In this document: in pieces, positions 20,912 to 31,049 of the stretch
Numbering within the stretch: position 1 is the stretch's first letter
How the letters are laid out: every line of letters starts with the position of its first letter
Source: an uncultured Clostridia bacterium
Lineage (GTDB): Bacteria; Bacillota; Clostridia; Oscillospirales; Acutalibacteraceae
Direction: 5' to 3'
Assembly (NCBI GenBank): GCA_947627725.1
Contig: CANQXE010000004.1
Span: 5,473 to 69,472 of the forward strand
DNA length: 64,000 nucleotides
Program-made: the position numbers and the translations under genes
The notes under the pieces: generated by a model
Databases searched by the model: none
Seen by the model: the letters and a program-made list of their open reading frames with translations, nothing else
Told to the model about the DNA's origin: nothing

Positions 20912-21943
20912 ATGATCAGCGAAAGACGTTTGGCGATACTGAATTTAATAATTGAGCACTATCTCCAGACAGGCGAGCCTATGGGGTCAAAAACGCTGTG
21001 CCGGCTTCTTCCCTATTCCGTTTCCAGCGCCACTATCAGAAATGAAATGGCATATCTTTCAGAGCTTGGGTATCTTGAGCAGAGGCATACAAGCGGCGGA
21101 CGTGTACCTAGTAAGGCATCATACAGATATTATGTTGACAGTCTTATGGTTCCTGAGGAAATATCCAATTACGACAAGCAGAAAATAAACGAAACACTTT
21201 CCGTAAATTCCGGTGACCCCGAACGCTTACTCTCCGACGCGGCAAGACTGCTTGCCCGGTACACGAACTGTATCGGTTTTTGCTGTGCTATTGAGGACCC
21301 GCTCGACTGCATACAGGGGGTTGATCTTATCCCGGCAGGGAATTCTAAGGCTATGCTCGTTATGCTGACGGTAGGCAGTAAAATTAAATCATCTCTTATC
21401 AATATTTCCAGCCCTATTGACGAAGATTTCAAGTTTTTATTCTACGAGGTAATGAACAGACTTTTTGTCGGGACGCCGCTTACAGAAGTAAATCTCGCTC
21501 TTGTTCAAAGGTCGGTTTTAATCGCTGAGGAAAGGATATTTGACCTTCTCCCCGTTCTTACATCGTTATGCTCGTTGTGCAGCGAGGCATCACAGAGCAG
21601 GCTTATACTTGAAAACGAAACAAATCTGCTTTCTCACGATGAGCTTGGAAATGAAGTCTACAAAATCCTTTCATTCCTTGCGGATAAGGAAAAGATGATT
21701 GAATATTCAAAGATGTTCGCAAACACCGGTATCAGCCGCACAGTTTTTATCGGCGATGAAAATCCGATGTTTGAAATGAAAAATACATCAACTATTATTT
21801 CAAAATTCACATACGGAAATAATCAGAAAGCCACGCTTGGAATAATAGGCTCAATGAGAATTGATTATAAAAGAATTATTCCATGCGCGGAATATATATT
21901 TAATAAAGTAGACTCTCTACTCTCAAAAGGAGGAACAAAATGA
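20912..21943 (+). CDS. hrcA: heat-inducible transcription repressor HrcA
   Basis: ERRLAILNLII, SSATIRNEM, LEQRHTSGGRVPS, LGIIGSMRIDY; CIRCE upstream. Confidence 0.95.
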   Translation: MISERRLAILNLIIEHYLQTGEPMGSKTLCRLLPYSVSSATIRNEMAYLSELGYLEQRHTSGGRVPSKASYRYYVDSLMVPEEISNYDKQKINETLSVNSGDPERLLSDAARLLARYTNCIGFCCAIEDPLDCIQGVDLIPAGNSKAMLVMLTVGSKIKSSLINISSPIDEDFKFLFYEVMNRLFVGTPLTEVNLALVQRSVLIAEERIFDLLPVLTSLCSLCSEASQSRLILENETNLLSHDELGNEVYKILSFLADKEKMIEYSKMFANTGISRTVFIGDENPMFEMKNTSTIISKFTYGNNQKATLGIIGSMRIDYKRIIPCAEYIFNKVDSLLSKGGTK

Positions 21944-22458
21944 GTAAAAAGAAAACAGAAATAAAAGACGAGGAAAAAGAAGAAAAGGAAGAAATTAAAC
22001 AGGAAGAAAAAACTGAGGAGAAAATAAATCCTCTTGAAAAAGAGCTTGCCGATACGAAAGAACAGCTTTTAAGAGTTACCGCGGAATACGCTAACTTCCG
22101 CAAGCGCTCTGAGAAGGAAAAAAATGAAAGCTATGCCTACGCGACGGCAAAAACAGTTTCTGAAATCCTTACGGTTATTGATAATCTCGAAAGAGCTTTG
22201 TCAAATGAACAGGAGGATTATGAAGGACTGAAAAAGGGCGTACAGATGACCTATGACGGTCTTATGGCGTCGCTTGAAAAACTTGGTGTTACAGCCTACG
22301 GTGAAAGCGGTGATAAGTTTGACCCGAATCTTCACAACGCGGTAATGCACGTTGAGGATGACAGCTTAGAGCCAAACGTAATCACAGACGTTTTCCAAAA
22401 GGGCTATAAGATAAAAGACAAGGTTGTCAGACCCGCAATGGTCAAAACAGCCAACTAA
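21940..22458 (+). CDS. grpE: nucleotide exchange factor GrpE
   Basis: AEYANFRKR, FDPNLHNAV, KGYKIKDKVVRPAMV. Confidence 0.97.
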   Translation: MSKKKTEIKDEEKEEKEEIKQEEKTEEKINPLEKELADTKEQLLRVTAEYANFRKRSEKEKNESYAYATAKTVSEILTVIDNLERALSNEQEDYEGLKKGVQMTYDGLMASLEKLGVTAYGESGDKFDPNLHNAVMHVEDDSLEPNVITDVFQKGYKIKDKVVRPAMVKTAN

Positions 22459-22487
22459 CTATATTATAATTATTAGGAGGACTATTT

Positions 22488-24335
22488 ATGTCAAAAATTA
22501 TCGGTATTGATTTAGGTACAACAAACAGTTGCGTAAGTGTTATCGAGGGCGGTGAAGCAGTAGTTATCACAAACGCAGAGGGCGCAAGAACCACTCCGTC
22601 AGTTGTCGCGTTTTCAAAGGACGGCGAAAGAATGGTAGGAAACGTTGCAAAGCGTCAGGCAATCACAAATCCTGAAAGAACGATTTCTTCAATTAAGAGA
22701 CATATGGGCTCTGATTACAAGGTAACTATCGACGGCAAGGCTTACACGCCGCAGGAGATTTCAGCTATCATTCTCCAGAAGCTTAAGGCTGACGCTGAGT
22801 CATATCTCGGTGAAACAGTAACTGAGGCGGTTATTACAGTACCCGCATACTTTACAGACGCACAGCGTCAGGCAACAAAGGACGCGGGCAAGATAGCAGG
22901 TCTTGATGTAAAAAGAATTATCAACGAGCCTACTGCCGCCGCACTCGCTTTCGGCATTGACAAGGAGGACGACCAGAAGGTAATGGTATACGACCTTGGC
23001 GGCGGTACCTTCGACGTATCAATTATTGAAATGGGCGACGGTGTACAGGAGGTTCTCGCAACAGCGGGTAACAACCGTCTCGGCGGCGACGATTTTGATA
23101 AAAAGATTATGGACTGGATTGTCGCTGAGTTTAAGAAGGACAACGGCATTGACCTTTCAGGCGACAAAATGGCTATGCAGAGAGTTAAAGAGGCTGCGGA
23201 AAAAGCAAAAATTGACCTTTCAGGTATGACTACCGCACAGATTTCCCTTCCGTTCATCACGGCAGACGCTACAGGTCCCAAGCACCTTGAGCTTACGCTT
23301 TCAAGAGCCAAGTTCAACGAAATGACAGCGGACCTTGTTGAGGCAACAATGGGTCCTGTCCGTCAGGCAATGAGCGACTCCGGTCTTTCCATGAGCGACA
23401 TTGACAAGGTGCTTCTCGTAGGCGGTTCAACAAGAATCCCGGCAGTCCAGGAGGCTATTCAGAAGTTCAGCGGCAAAGAGCCGTTTAAGGGAATCAACCC
23501 TGACGAGTGTGTAGCTATGGGCGCGGCGCTTCAGGGCGGCGTTCTTGGCGGAGATGTTAAGGGACTTCTTCTTCTTGATGTAACTCCGCTCTCACTCGGC
23601 ATTGAAACCATGGGCGGAATCAACACGGTTATCATTGAGAGAAATACAACTATTCCGACAAAGAAAAGCCAGATTTTCTCGACTGCTGCCGACAACCAGA
23701 CTTCTGTAGAGGTTCACGTTCTCCAGGGTGAGAGAGAATTTGCGAAGGATAACAAAACCCTCGGTATGTTCCACCTCGACGGTATTCTTCCCGCAAGGCG
23801 CGGCGTACCTCAGATTGAAGTAACATTTGATATTGATGCAAACGGTATAGTACACGTTTCGGCAAAGGATCTCGGCACAGGCAAAGAACAGCATATTTCC
23901 ATCACCGCATCATCTAATATGAGCAAGGAGGATATTGACAAGGCTGTTAAAGAGGCAGAGCAGTTTGCTGAAGAGGATAAGAAAAAGAGAGAGGCAATCG
24001 ACCTTAGAAACAACGCGGACCAGATGGTATATCAAACGGAAAAGCTTCTTTCGGAAGAGGGAGATAAATTCTCAGCCGACGACAAGTCAGCTCTCCAGAC
24101 AAAGACAGATACACTTAAAGAGGCTCTCAAGGGCGATAATCTTGATGCAATCAAAACCGCTCAGGAGGATTTACAAAACAAATTCTACGAGGTATCACAG
24201 AAGCTTTATGAGGCTGCACAGGCAGCAGGCGCTGATCCTAACGCCGCAGGCGCGGGCTTTGATCCTAATCAGGCAGGCGGCGGTACAGACGCAGGCTATA
24301 CAGACGCTGATTACACAGAGGTTGACGACAACTGA
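22488..24335 (+). CDS. dnaK: chaperone DnaK
   Basis: [37 protein letters not shown]. Confidence 0.99.
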   Translation: MSKIIGIDLGTTNSCVSVIEGGEAVVITNAEGARTTPSVVAFSKDGERMVGNVAKRQAITNPERTISSIKRHMGSDYKVTIDGKAYTPQEISAIILQKLKADAESYLGETVTEAVITVPAYFTDAQRQATKDAGKIAGLDVKRIINEPTAAALAFGIDKEDDQKVMVYDLGGGTFDVSIIEMGDGVQEVLATAGNNRLGGDDFDKKIMDWIVAEFKKDNGIDLSGDKMAMQRVKEAAEKAKIDLSGMTTAQISLPFITADATGPKHLELTLSRAKFNEMTADLVEATMGPVRQAMSDSGLSMSDIDKVLLVGGSTRIPAVQEAIQKFSGKEPFKGINPDECVAMGAALQGGVLGGDVKGLLLLDVTPLSLGIETMGGINTVIIERNTTIPTKKSQIFSTAADNQTSVEVHVLQGEREFAKDNKTLGMFHLDGILPARRGVPQIEVTFDIDANGIVHVSAKDLGTGKEQHISITASSNMSKEDIDKAVKEAEQFAEEDKKKREAIDLRNNADQMVYQTEKLLSEEGDKFSADDKSALQTKTDTLKEALKGDNLDAIKTAQEDLQNKFYEVSQKLYEAAQAAGADPNAAGAGFDPNQAGGGTDAGYTDADYTEVDDN

Positions 24336-24420
24336 TAAATAATATTATCAGCTATAAGCACATGCAGGGTATACTGTGTGTGCTTATATAAAGTTACTTA
24401 CAGATTGGGGGCATTATATA

Positions 24421-25563
24421 TTGCCTGAGGAAAAAAGAGATTATTACGAGGTGCTTGGCGTCAGCAAGGGCGCAAGCGACGATGAAATAAAAAAAGCATA
24501 CAGAAAAACAGCAAAAAAATATCACCCCGACCTTAATCCGAACAATGCGGAGGCAGAGGCAAAATTCAAGGAATGCAATGAGGCTTACGAGGTTTTATCT
24601 GATCCTCAGAAAAAAGCACGCTATGACCAGTTCGGCTTTGCCGGAGTTGACCCTAATTACGGAGCGGGTCAGGGCGGCGCGGGCTTTGGCGGTTTCGGAT
24701 TTGACGGGGATATTGATTTGGGTGATATTTTTTCCTCCTTCTTCGGCGGAGGGGGATTTGGCGGCGGACGAAATCCGAACGCGCCGCAAAGAGGACGCGA
24801 TTTGCAGACATCTGTCAGCCTTACATTTGAGGAGGCGGCAAAGGGCTGCAAAAAAACGGTTGAGGTTATGCGCGTTATGGATTGCAGCGAATGCGGCGGA
24901 ACAGGAGCCGCAAAGGGTACTTCGCCTACCACCTGCCCCGAATGTCAGGGCAGAGGTGTTATAAATATCCAGCAGAGAAGTCCGTTTGGTGTTATGACAA
25001 CACAAAGAACATGTACACGCTGCAACGGCAGCGGAAAAATTATTACCTCGCCCTGTCATAAATGCAACGGCAAGGGCAAGGTGCGCACCAAAAAGAAAAT
25101 TGATATTAATATTCCCGCCGGTATCGACAATAACCAGATTGTCAATGTAAGAGGCTTCGGTAACACAGGCGCTAACGGAGGTCCGGCAGGCGACCTCAAG
25201 GTGGCTGTAAGCATTAAAAAGCATCCTTACTTTAACCGTGACGGATATGACGTATGGGTTGACAGACATATTTCATTTGTTCAGGCAACACTCGGCGCTG
25301 AAATTCAGGTGCCTACTCTTGACGGAGATGTCAAGCTGAACGTACCGTCAGGTACCCAGCCGGGAGAGGTATTCACCTTAAAAGGCAACAAGGGAATACA
25401 AAGGCTTAACGGTCTCGGCAAAGGCGAGGAATATGTCAAAATTGTTGTTGATGTTCCGAAGAGCGTTACAGACGAGCAAAGGGAGCTTTTAAAACAATTT
25501 GATAAGGATTACATTCCGCCGAAAAATAAGGAAGGCTTTTTTGATAAATTTAAGAAGAAATAA
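24421..25563 (+). CDS. dnaJ: chaperone DnaJ
   Basis: J domain with HPD, G/F-rich linker, four CxxCxGxG repeats; likely TTG start at 24421. Confidence 0.97.
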   Translation: MPEEKRDYYEVLGVSKGASDDEIKKAYRKTAKKYHPDLNPNNAEAEAKFKECNEAYEVLSDPQKKARYDQFGFAGVDPNYGAGQGGAGFGGFGFDGDIDLGDIFSSFFGGGGFGGGRNPNAPQRGRDLQTSVSLTFEEAAKGCKKTVEVMRVMDCSECGGTGAAKGTSPTTCPECQGRGVINIQQRSPFGVMTTQRTCTRCNGSGKIITSPCHKCNGKGKVRTKKKIDINIPAGIDNNQIVNVRGFGNTGANGGPAGDLKVAVSIKKHPYFNRDGYDVWVDRHISFVQATLGAEIQVPTLDGDVKLNVPSGTQPGEVFTLKGNKGIQRLNGLGKGEEYVKIVVDVPKSVTDEQRELLKQFDKDYIPPKNKEGFFDKFKKK

Positions 25564-25569
25564 GTATTT

Positions 25570-25603
25570 AAAAGCAGGATTGAATAAAATTCAATCCTGC
25601 TTT
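25570..25603. terminator. intrinsic terminator after dnaJ
   Basis: AAAGCAGGATTGAAT/ATTCAATCCTGCTTT. Confidence 0.85.
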
Positions 25604-25709
25604 ATATTTTGATCTTTACATATTTAATAATTGAGCTTATCATTAAAGAGCATAAAATGTTAGGATTATAAAAAATGTTACTGATATAATTAACTTAACA
25701 GAAAGGAAT

Positions 25710-26585
25710 ATGATTATGGATTGGACGCAAGGCTTGCAAAATGCAATTGATTATATTGAAGAGCATTTGACAGATAAATTGGATTTTGAAATTATATCCA
25801 ATCAGTCGGGTTTTTCAAATTTTTATTTTCAAAGAATTTTTAATATCCTTTGTAACTGCTCACTCGGTGAATATATCAGAAAACGCAGACTTACTCTTGC
25901 CGGTAACGAGCTTGCCGCAACGAATGCAAAGGTAATCGATATTGCTTTAAAGTACGGATACGATTCACCTGAAAGCTTTACAAGAGCATTTTCAAAATTT
26001 CACGGAATCACTCCATCCGAGGCAAAGAAGAATAATTCAATTCTGAAATCATTTTCGCGTCTTTCTGTTGAAATAAAACTAAAAGGCGGTAATATTATGG
26101 ATTACAAAATTGTAAAAAAGGAATCATTTAAGATACTTGAAAAAGTAAGCCACCAAAGTATTGATGATGCAAAGAATAAAATCACAATCCCGGATTTCTG
26201 GACCCAGTCACACCAAGACGGAACAGTTACAAAGCTGCTTGATCTGACAACTGACAGAACAAATATCTTTGGCGTTTGCTACGGAAATACACCAAATGAT
26301 CAAAAAACATTTGATTATTCAATCGCTGTTATGTGTAATGATGATACCAAAATACCGACAGGTTTTAAGGTCAATAAAATCCCCGCACGCGTTTGGGCGG
26401 TATTTGAATGTGTCGGTCCAATGCCAAATGCTATTCAGGATACATGGCATAAAATATGCGCAGAGTTTTTCCCGACTGCAAACTATGTGCCGACATATGA
26501 AATGGATATTGAGGTATATTCAGTAGGTGATATGTCATCTCCTGATTACAGAAGTAAAATATGGGTACCGGTTAAAGAAAAATAG
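25710..26585 (+). CDS. AraC-family regulator with GyrI-like effector domain
   Basis: YFQRIF, EYIRKRRLTLA, IALKYGYDSPESFTRAFSKFHGITP; C-terminal WAVFECVGPMP..IQDTW. Confidence 0.92.
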   Translation: MIMDWTQGLQNAIDYIEEHLTDKLDFEIISNQSGFSNFYFQRIFNILCNCSLGEYIRKRRLTLAGNELAATNAKVIDIALKYGYDSPESFTRAFSKFHGITPSEAKKNNSILKSFSRLSVEIKLKGGNIMDYKIVKKESFKILEKVSHQSIDDAKNKITIPDFWTQSHQDGTVTKLLDLTTDRTNIFGVCYGNTPNDQKTFDYSIAVMCNDDTKIPTGFKVNKIPARVWAVFECVGPMPNAIQDTWHKICAEFFPTANYVPTYEMDIEVYSVGDMSSPDYRSKIWVPVKEK

Positions 26586-26590
26586 TATTT

Positions 26591-26628
26591 TAAAGGGGCA
26601 TCTCACTTTCGTGAGACAGCCCCTTTAA
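26591..26628. repeat. palindromic repeat copy 2 (GGGGCATCTCA-CTTTCG-TGAGACAGCCCC)
   Basis: Near-identical to 10241-10278. Confidence 0.7.
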
Positions 26629-26652
26629 ACATGCTGAAAATTAAATTTTCAT

Positions 26653-26838
26653 TTATAAATCATCCGCGTCCTGAACAGGCTGTTCAAGCTCATCATTATA
26701 GTACATATCCTTCGGAATACCTGTATAGCTGCCGTCAGTATCACAGTTTACCATATCGGGACTCAGATAAGAAGTCAGGTCAATAACGGGCTTCTTTTTT
26801 TGATTTTTTTTGTTATCTTTCTTTTTCATAGAAATCAC
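26653..26838 (-). CDS. small hypothetical protein (basic N-terminus, DTDGSYTG..PVQDADDL C-terminus)
   Basis: GGGGTG RBS upstream; motif recalled from small clostridial hypothetical proteins, not verified. Confidence 0.65.
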   Translation of the reverse strand: MISMKKKDNKKNQKKKPVIDLTSYLSPDMVNCDTDGSYTGIPKDMYYNDELEQPVQDADDL

Positions 26839-26874
26839 CCCTGCAATTATTTTTTACAGAGGTGCGTTTTTTAT

Positions 26875-27498
26875 TTATATTTTTTCAACATCAATATGTG
26901 ATATTTTTTCCAAAAATTGCTTTGGAGTAATAATTTCTCCCATTTCACGATACTCGTCCATATTCATATTGAAATTATTAATAAATATAGGAACGTCATT
27001 ATACTCAACATCAATGTGCAAAAGGGCGGCGTCTTCAATAACCTTTTTCGCATCGCAGGTATTAATATCGTAAAATCTTTTTACAACCGTCTCATTATTT
27101 CTGACATATTCGAGAGTAACATTTCTCAATGACTTTGAAACGGAGATATATCTCATCTCCTCTTTGGAAAGCGTCAACGCCATCGGCATTTGCGCGACAG
27201 CCTTGCAGGCGCCTGAATTAACAAAAAATTCGTTAATAAAAATTGATTCCAATTTGCTTGTATCATCCGGCACAATTATTGCAAGAATATACTTGTTCAG
27301 CTTTTTACCGTAAATGCTTTTCATAAATTCCTTGAAATAATACTGCCCTTCAGCAATTTTTTCGGCAAATTCGTGATAAAAAGGGATATTGGGTGAGGGA
27401 TTCAGCGACGGCATGGTAAAAGTTTTAAAATCATCACTGTCTTTTGCCTTTACAAGAATATTGTTATTTGTAATTATCATCGGAACGGTTTTAGCCAT
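26875..27498 (-). CDS. hypothetical protein with partial MreB/actin-fold resemblance
   Basis: GAGGTGG RBS; IIVPDDTSKLE..SGA..PMA resembles the MreB connect region. Confidence 0.6.
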   Translation of the reverse strand: MAKTVPMIITNNNILVKAKDSDDFKTFTMPSLNPSPNIPFYHEFAEKIAEGQYYFKEFMKSIYGKKLNKYILAIIVPDDTSKLESIFINEFFVNSGACKAVAQMPMALTLSKEEMRYISVSKSLRNVTLEYVRNNETVVKRFYDINTCDAKKVIEDAALLHIDVEYNDVPIFINNFNMNMDEYREMGEIITPKQFLEKISHIDVEKI

Positions 27499-27693
27499 TG
27501 TGCCACCTCATAAACTAAACTTATACAGTATCAGTTTTACCTTTATTATTTTACTACATACTATGCCTTAAATCAATAAAATTTAAAATTTTAAAAAATA
27601 TGGTGAAATGCCGAATAATATATGGTACAATATTAAAAACCCTATGTAATTTGGGAAGCTAATGCCATACTAAAAACAAGAGGAGAATACCAT

Positions 27694-29103
27694 ATGTCTA
27701 ACCAAAATGAAATTGACGATATATTAAATGAGATAAAAAGCAAAAGAAAATCAGAAAACGGAGATAAGAAGAATAACGACATTTTAAATTCCTTTACCCC
27801 TCCTAAAAAGGAAAAGTCTAAAGCGGATGATGTATTTTCAAATATGAAATTTGATGAAAAACCCACGCCGAAAGCAGCAGATAATCATTTTGATTTAATT
27901 AGCGCACCTAAAAATGATTTTTCAAATGAAATATTCACGGACGACGGCGGAAACAAGGGCTCAAACAACGGCAGGAAAAAGATTATAATTATCACTGTTG
28001 CCGTAATTCTTGTTATAGCAATTATTGCGGGCGTAGCCTTCGCCATAACAAAAAACAAGAACAAAGAGCCTGAAACAACAGCCGCTCCCTCAACAACCAC
28101 AACCACAACCGAGGCAGTCGCCAAGATAGTTAATCCCCTCACCGGGGAAGAGGCATATAATGAAAAAGCAGTCGGCAAAAGACCTGTTGCCTGTGTTGTT
28201 GAAAATTCCTATCCCGCAAGACCGCAATGGGGTATTGATGACAATACAAATTCACCCGACATAATCCTTGAAGGCGAGGTTGAAGGCGGTGAAACGAGAA
28301 TGCTCTGGTTTTACGCGGACTACACCTCACTGCCCGACCAGATAGGTCCCATGCGCAGCGCAAGACCTCCTTATATCAGATTTTCCGAGCTGTTCGATTC
28401 AATCTTTATTCATTGGGGTCAAAGCTCTACAAGGGACAATTATATCGGTGCCGATACCGTTTTCAGAACAGACAATGTTGACCATATAAATCAGATGACA
28501 TATGGCGGCAGCCTTGCTCTTTTCGGAAGGGACTCATCAAGAGGTGTTTCCTCAGAGCATACGGGAGTATTATACGGCGATAAGCTCGCGCAGGCTATTA
28601 CAGAAGCTAAGTTCAGAACAGATATTGACAAATCAAGCTTTACAAATCTTACCTTTAATGAAAAAGAACAGGCTGTAAGTAATACCAAGTGCGACTCATT
28701 TTCATTCACATTCTCCTCAAGAACAAAAACAAGAGACTGGGCTTATAATGCCGACGATAAAATGTACCATTGCACCGATTATTTGACGGATGTTGCAAGA
28801 AAGAATTTACTCGTGCTTTATGATGATACGGAATATGTTACCAAATACAATTACAAAGGTACCGGCAAATCGGAAACCTATTGTGACTACAAACTCGCAG
28901 GCGGCAGCGGAAAGCTCCTGAGCCTCGGAACAATCACCGAAATCAAATGGTCTGTTGAAAACGGAGTGCTTTCCGTTAAAGATACAAACGGTAAAAGCAT
29001 CAGCCTTAACACAGGCAGAACCTGGATAGGCTACGGCTCCGCGAATAACGGCGGAACAGACAAAAATAATACACCGTTGGAAAACACATCAGAGCAAAAT
29101 TAA
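27694..29103 (+). CDS. membrane-anchored DUF3048-domain protein
   Basis: TM helix, Thr-rich linker, NPLTG, RPVACVVEN, ARPQWG, VEGGETR, GPMRSAR. Confidence 0.85.
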   Translation: MSNQNEIDDILNEIKSKRKSENGDKKNNDILNSFTPPKKEKSKADDVFSNMKFDEKPTPKAADNHFDLISAPKNDFSNEIFTDDGGNKGSNNGRKKIIIITVAVILVIAIIAGVAFAITKNKNKEPETTAAPSTTTTTTEAVAKIVNPLTGEEAYNEKAVGKRPVACVVENSYPARPQWGIDDNTNSPDIILEGEVEGGETRMLWFYADYTSLPDQIGPMRSARPPYIRFSELFDSIFIHWGQSSTRDNYIGADTVFRTDNVDHINQMTYGGSLALFGRDSSRGVSSEHTGVLYGDKLAQAITEAKFRTDIDKSSFTNLTFNEKEQAVSNTKCDSFSFTFSSRTKTRDWAYNADDKMYHCTDYLTDVARKNLLVLYDDTEYVTKYNYKGTGKSETYCDYKLAGGSGKLLSLGTITEIKWSVENGVLSVKDTNGKSISLNTGRTWIGYGSANNGGTDKNNTPLENTSEQN

Positions 29104-29113
29104 TAATTAACGT

Positions 29114-29152
29114 AAAAAATGCCCGTTAAGCAACAGCTTGGCGGGCGTTTTT
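29114..29152 (+). terminator. intrinsic terminator; left boundary of AT-rich patch
   Basis: AAAAATGCCCGTTAAG..CTTGGCGGGCGTTTTT. Confidence 0.7.
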
Positions 29153-29338
29153 GGCACAAAAAATGAAGCTGTAGAGACAGGTCTATGTATACTGATTCAC
29201 TGGCGTTTTACAACTTTTTTTAAATTCATTACTATTAATTATTTTATAAAATATTATTAGGCTATACAAGCGAGAAAAGAATTATTATAATAGGTACTAT
29301 ACAGATACATTAACGGCAAACAGAAAAGAGGTTTAATT

Positions 29339-29869
29339 TTGAATACAACCGAAAATAAAATATGCGAAGTATTATGGAATGAATATGAACCTCAGCTTCG
29401 AAAAATATGCAGAATAAAATTAAGGAGTTGTCAGGATGAGGTTGATGATGTTATATCAGAAGTCTTTTTAGCGCTTTGTCAAAAAACCGATAAAGACGGA
29501 CCTCCTGAAAAGCCGAAACAATGGCTTTATGGAACGCTGAATAATCTTATCAATTTAAAATACCGAGAAATATATAAATTAAAAGATAAACAGCATAGTT
29601 TAGATAATACGGAATTTGAATTGCCTTTTGAAGAAAACGGTATAGAAGAAAAAATTGAAGATATTTATAACAATGAAATAAAAGACAGGCTGCAATCATT
29701 CTTATCAAAGGATGAATACCAAATACTCAATTACATATATTTTGATAAATTAAGAATGAAAGAAATTGCGGTTTTAATTAATTCAACCGAATCTGCTGTC
29801 AAACAAAAACATTATCGGATATGTAATAAATTGAGAAAGGCAGCAAAAAAATTTGAAAAAAATTATTAA
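29339..29869 (+). CDS. ECF RNA polymerase sigma factor
   Basis: DDVISEVFL (region 2 D-x-x-Q/S-E-x-F), WLYG, region 4 MKEIAVLINSTESAVKQKHYR; TTG start after GAGG. Confidence 0.88.
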   Translation: MNTTENKICEVLWNEYEPQLRKICRIKLRSCQDEVDDVISEVFLALCQKTDKDGPPEKPKQWLYGTLNNLINLKYREIYKLKDKQHSLDNTEFELPFEENGIEEKIEDIYNNEIKDRLQSFLSKDEYQILNYIYFDKLRMKEIAVLINSTESAVKQKHYRICNKLRKAAKKFEKNY

Positions 29870-29875
29870 ATATGA

Positions 29876-29902
29876 GTTACTTTTTCAATCAGAAAAACAA
29901 CT
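29876..29902 (+). promoter_or_regulatory. putative ECF promoter, copy 1 (GTTAC-N16-ACAACT)
   Basis: Between sigma stop and anti-sigma RBS; same motif and spacing at 31050-31076. Confidence 0.6.
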
Positions 29903-29924
29903 TTATATATGGAAGGGCGATATT

Positions 29925-30746
29925 ATGGATAATTTAACACTTTTAAAAACACTAAAATCCAAATCAATGACCTTTTCTCTTGAAGAAATTCAAGAAATAA
30001 TGGACGAAGAGCTTAACAAGAATCCGGAAGAAATGGATACCGAGCTGATAGATTTATGCGCAGAAATTCTTGACAAAGTATATTTTAATACTCAGGGTGA
30101 AACTGCCGCGTCAGGAACCGAGAGCAAGTCAATTAACGAAAATACCAAAAAGAACTCAAAAGGAATTAAATTCAGAAAAGTTTTATTAATAGCGGCTATT
30201 TTTATTATTATCACAAGTATTGCTATCCCTGTAAACGCCCGGTATGTTCATTATGAAACATCTGACAAGATTGTTCAGTTCTTTAGCGGTCATTTTAAAA
30301 TCGACTTACGCAGCGGTAATAAAAATACAATTAGTCATTCCGATGAAAATATTGATATAGTTAAAAATTTAAATGATGCAGGATTTGAAAGTATAATACT
30401 CCCATCCGATTTACTTAAAAATGACTATGCAAAGGATGATATTTCAATTTCTAAAGATGAAAGTTATTTAACAGCAGAGATTGATTTTAAAATGGATAAT
30501 GATATCAGTGGTTATATTTCAATTATAAAACATAGAACCACTCTTACCGAATTCGCTATTGGACAAGAAGATATAAATGATCAATATGATTCTGTTAAAC
30601 AGATTACAGTGAACGGGATGGATATTCTTGTTTTCAATCATGAAGAAAAATCACACATTGAATATGTAGATAATAATATTGAATACTCTATTTTTTTAGA
30701 TAAATGTTCATTCGATTCAGCCATAAAGATAGCCGAATCATTATAA
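29925..30746 (+). CDS. putative anti-sigma factor (single TM, DUF4367-like C-terminus)
   Basis: Follows ECF sigma; acidic cytoplasmic N-terminus, TM KVLLIAAIFIIITSIA, extracellular ..VNGMDILV..EYSI..KIAESL. Confidence 0.75.
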   Translation: MDNLTLLKTLKSKSMTFSLEEIQEIMDEELNKNPEEMDTELIDLCAEILDKVYFNTQGETAASGTESKSINENTKKNSKGIKFRKVLLIAAIFIIITSIAIPVNARYVHYETSDKIVQFFSGHFKIDLRSGNKNTISHSDENIDIVKNLNDAGFESIILPSDLLKNDYAKDDISISKDESYLTAEIDFKMDNDISGYISIIKHRTTLTEFAIGQEDINDQYDSVKQITVNGMDILVFNHEEKSHIEYVDNNIEYSIFLDKCSFDSAIKIAESL

Positions 30747-30760
30747 TAAGGAGGATTTTA

Positions 30761-30967
30761 ATGAAAAAAATATTTAGTTTAATAATTGTTGGATGTTTAA
30801 TTTTTACATTTAATGATTAATATAAAAACGCACGAACCTACACATTATCTAAAAGTCTTTCTGTATCAAGCGGATACCAATATAGAGTAACCTGTACTCA
30901 CTACGCAAAGAAAAATATTTTTTCCACACAAAAAATTAACAATACATCTAACATCTTATCTTTTTAA
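30761..30967 (+). pseudogene. internally deleted secreted-protein gene
   Basis: AAGGAGGA RBS, MKKIFSLIIVGCLIFTFND, in-frame TAA at 30818, then 48 in-frame codons (..SVSSGYQYRVTCTHYAK..TQKINNTS..). Confidence 0.65.
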
Positions 30968-30983
30968 CATTGAATTTAAAAGC

Positions 30984-31020
30984 AAAAATGAGAACTCCGT
31001 TTTTTGAGTTCTCGTTTTTT
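30984..31020 (+). terminator. intrinsic terminator closing the ECF operon
   Basis: AAAAATGAGAACTC/GAGTTCTCGTTTTT. Confidence 0.8.
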
Positions 31021-31049
31021 GTTTTTTAGTAAATTTTTTTATAAAAAGC

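Noticed and set aside
24230-24280. ADPNAAG / FDPNQAG repeat in the DnaK tail
   Set aside because: Ordinary low-complexity DnaK C-terminus
22868-24342. Long antisense and alternate-frame ORFs over dnaK (also over dnaJ, murI, glpK, iolD, ilvA)
   Set aside because: Typical shadows of highly codon-biased genes; no RBS or recognisable motifs
25654-25680. AAAATGTTA direct repeat upstream of the AraC gene
   Set aside because: 18-bp period in very AT-rich DNA; indistinguishable from chance without conservation data
29194-29214. GATTCACTGGCGTTTTACAAC resembles the lacZ-alpha/M13 vector sequence
   Set aside because: Needs a 4-nt gap and the flanks do not continue the match; most likely coincidence, not contamination
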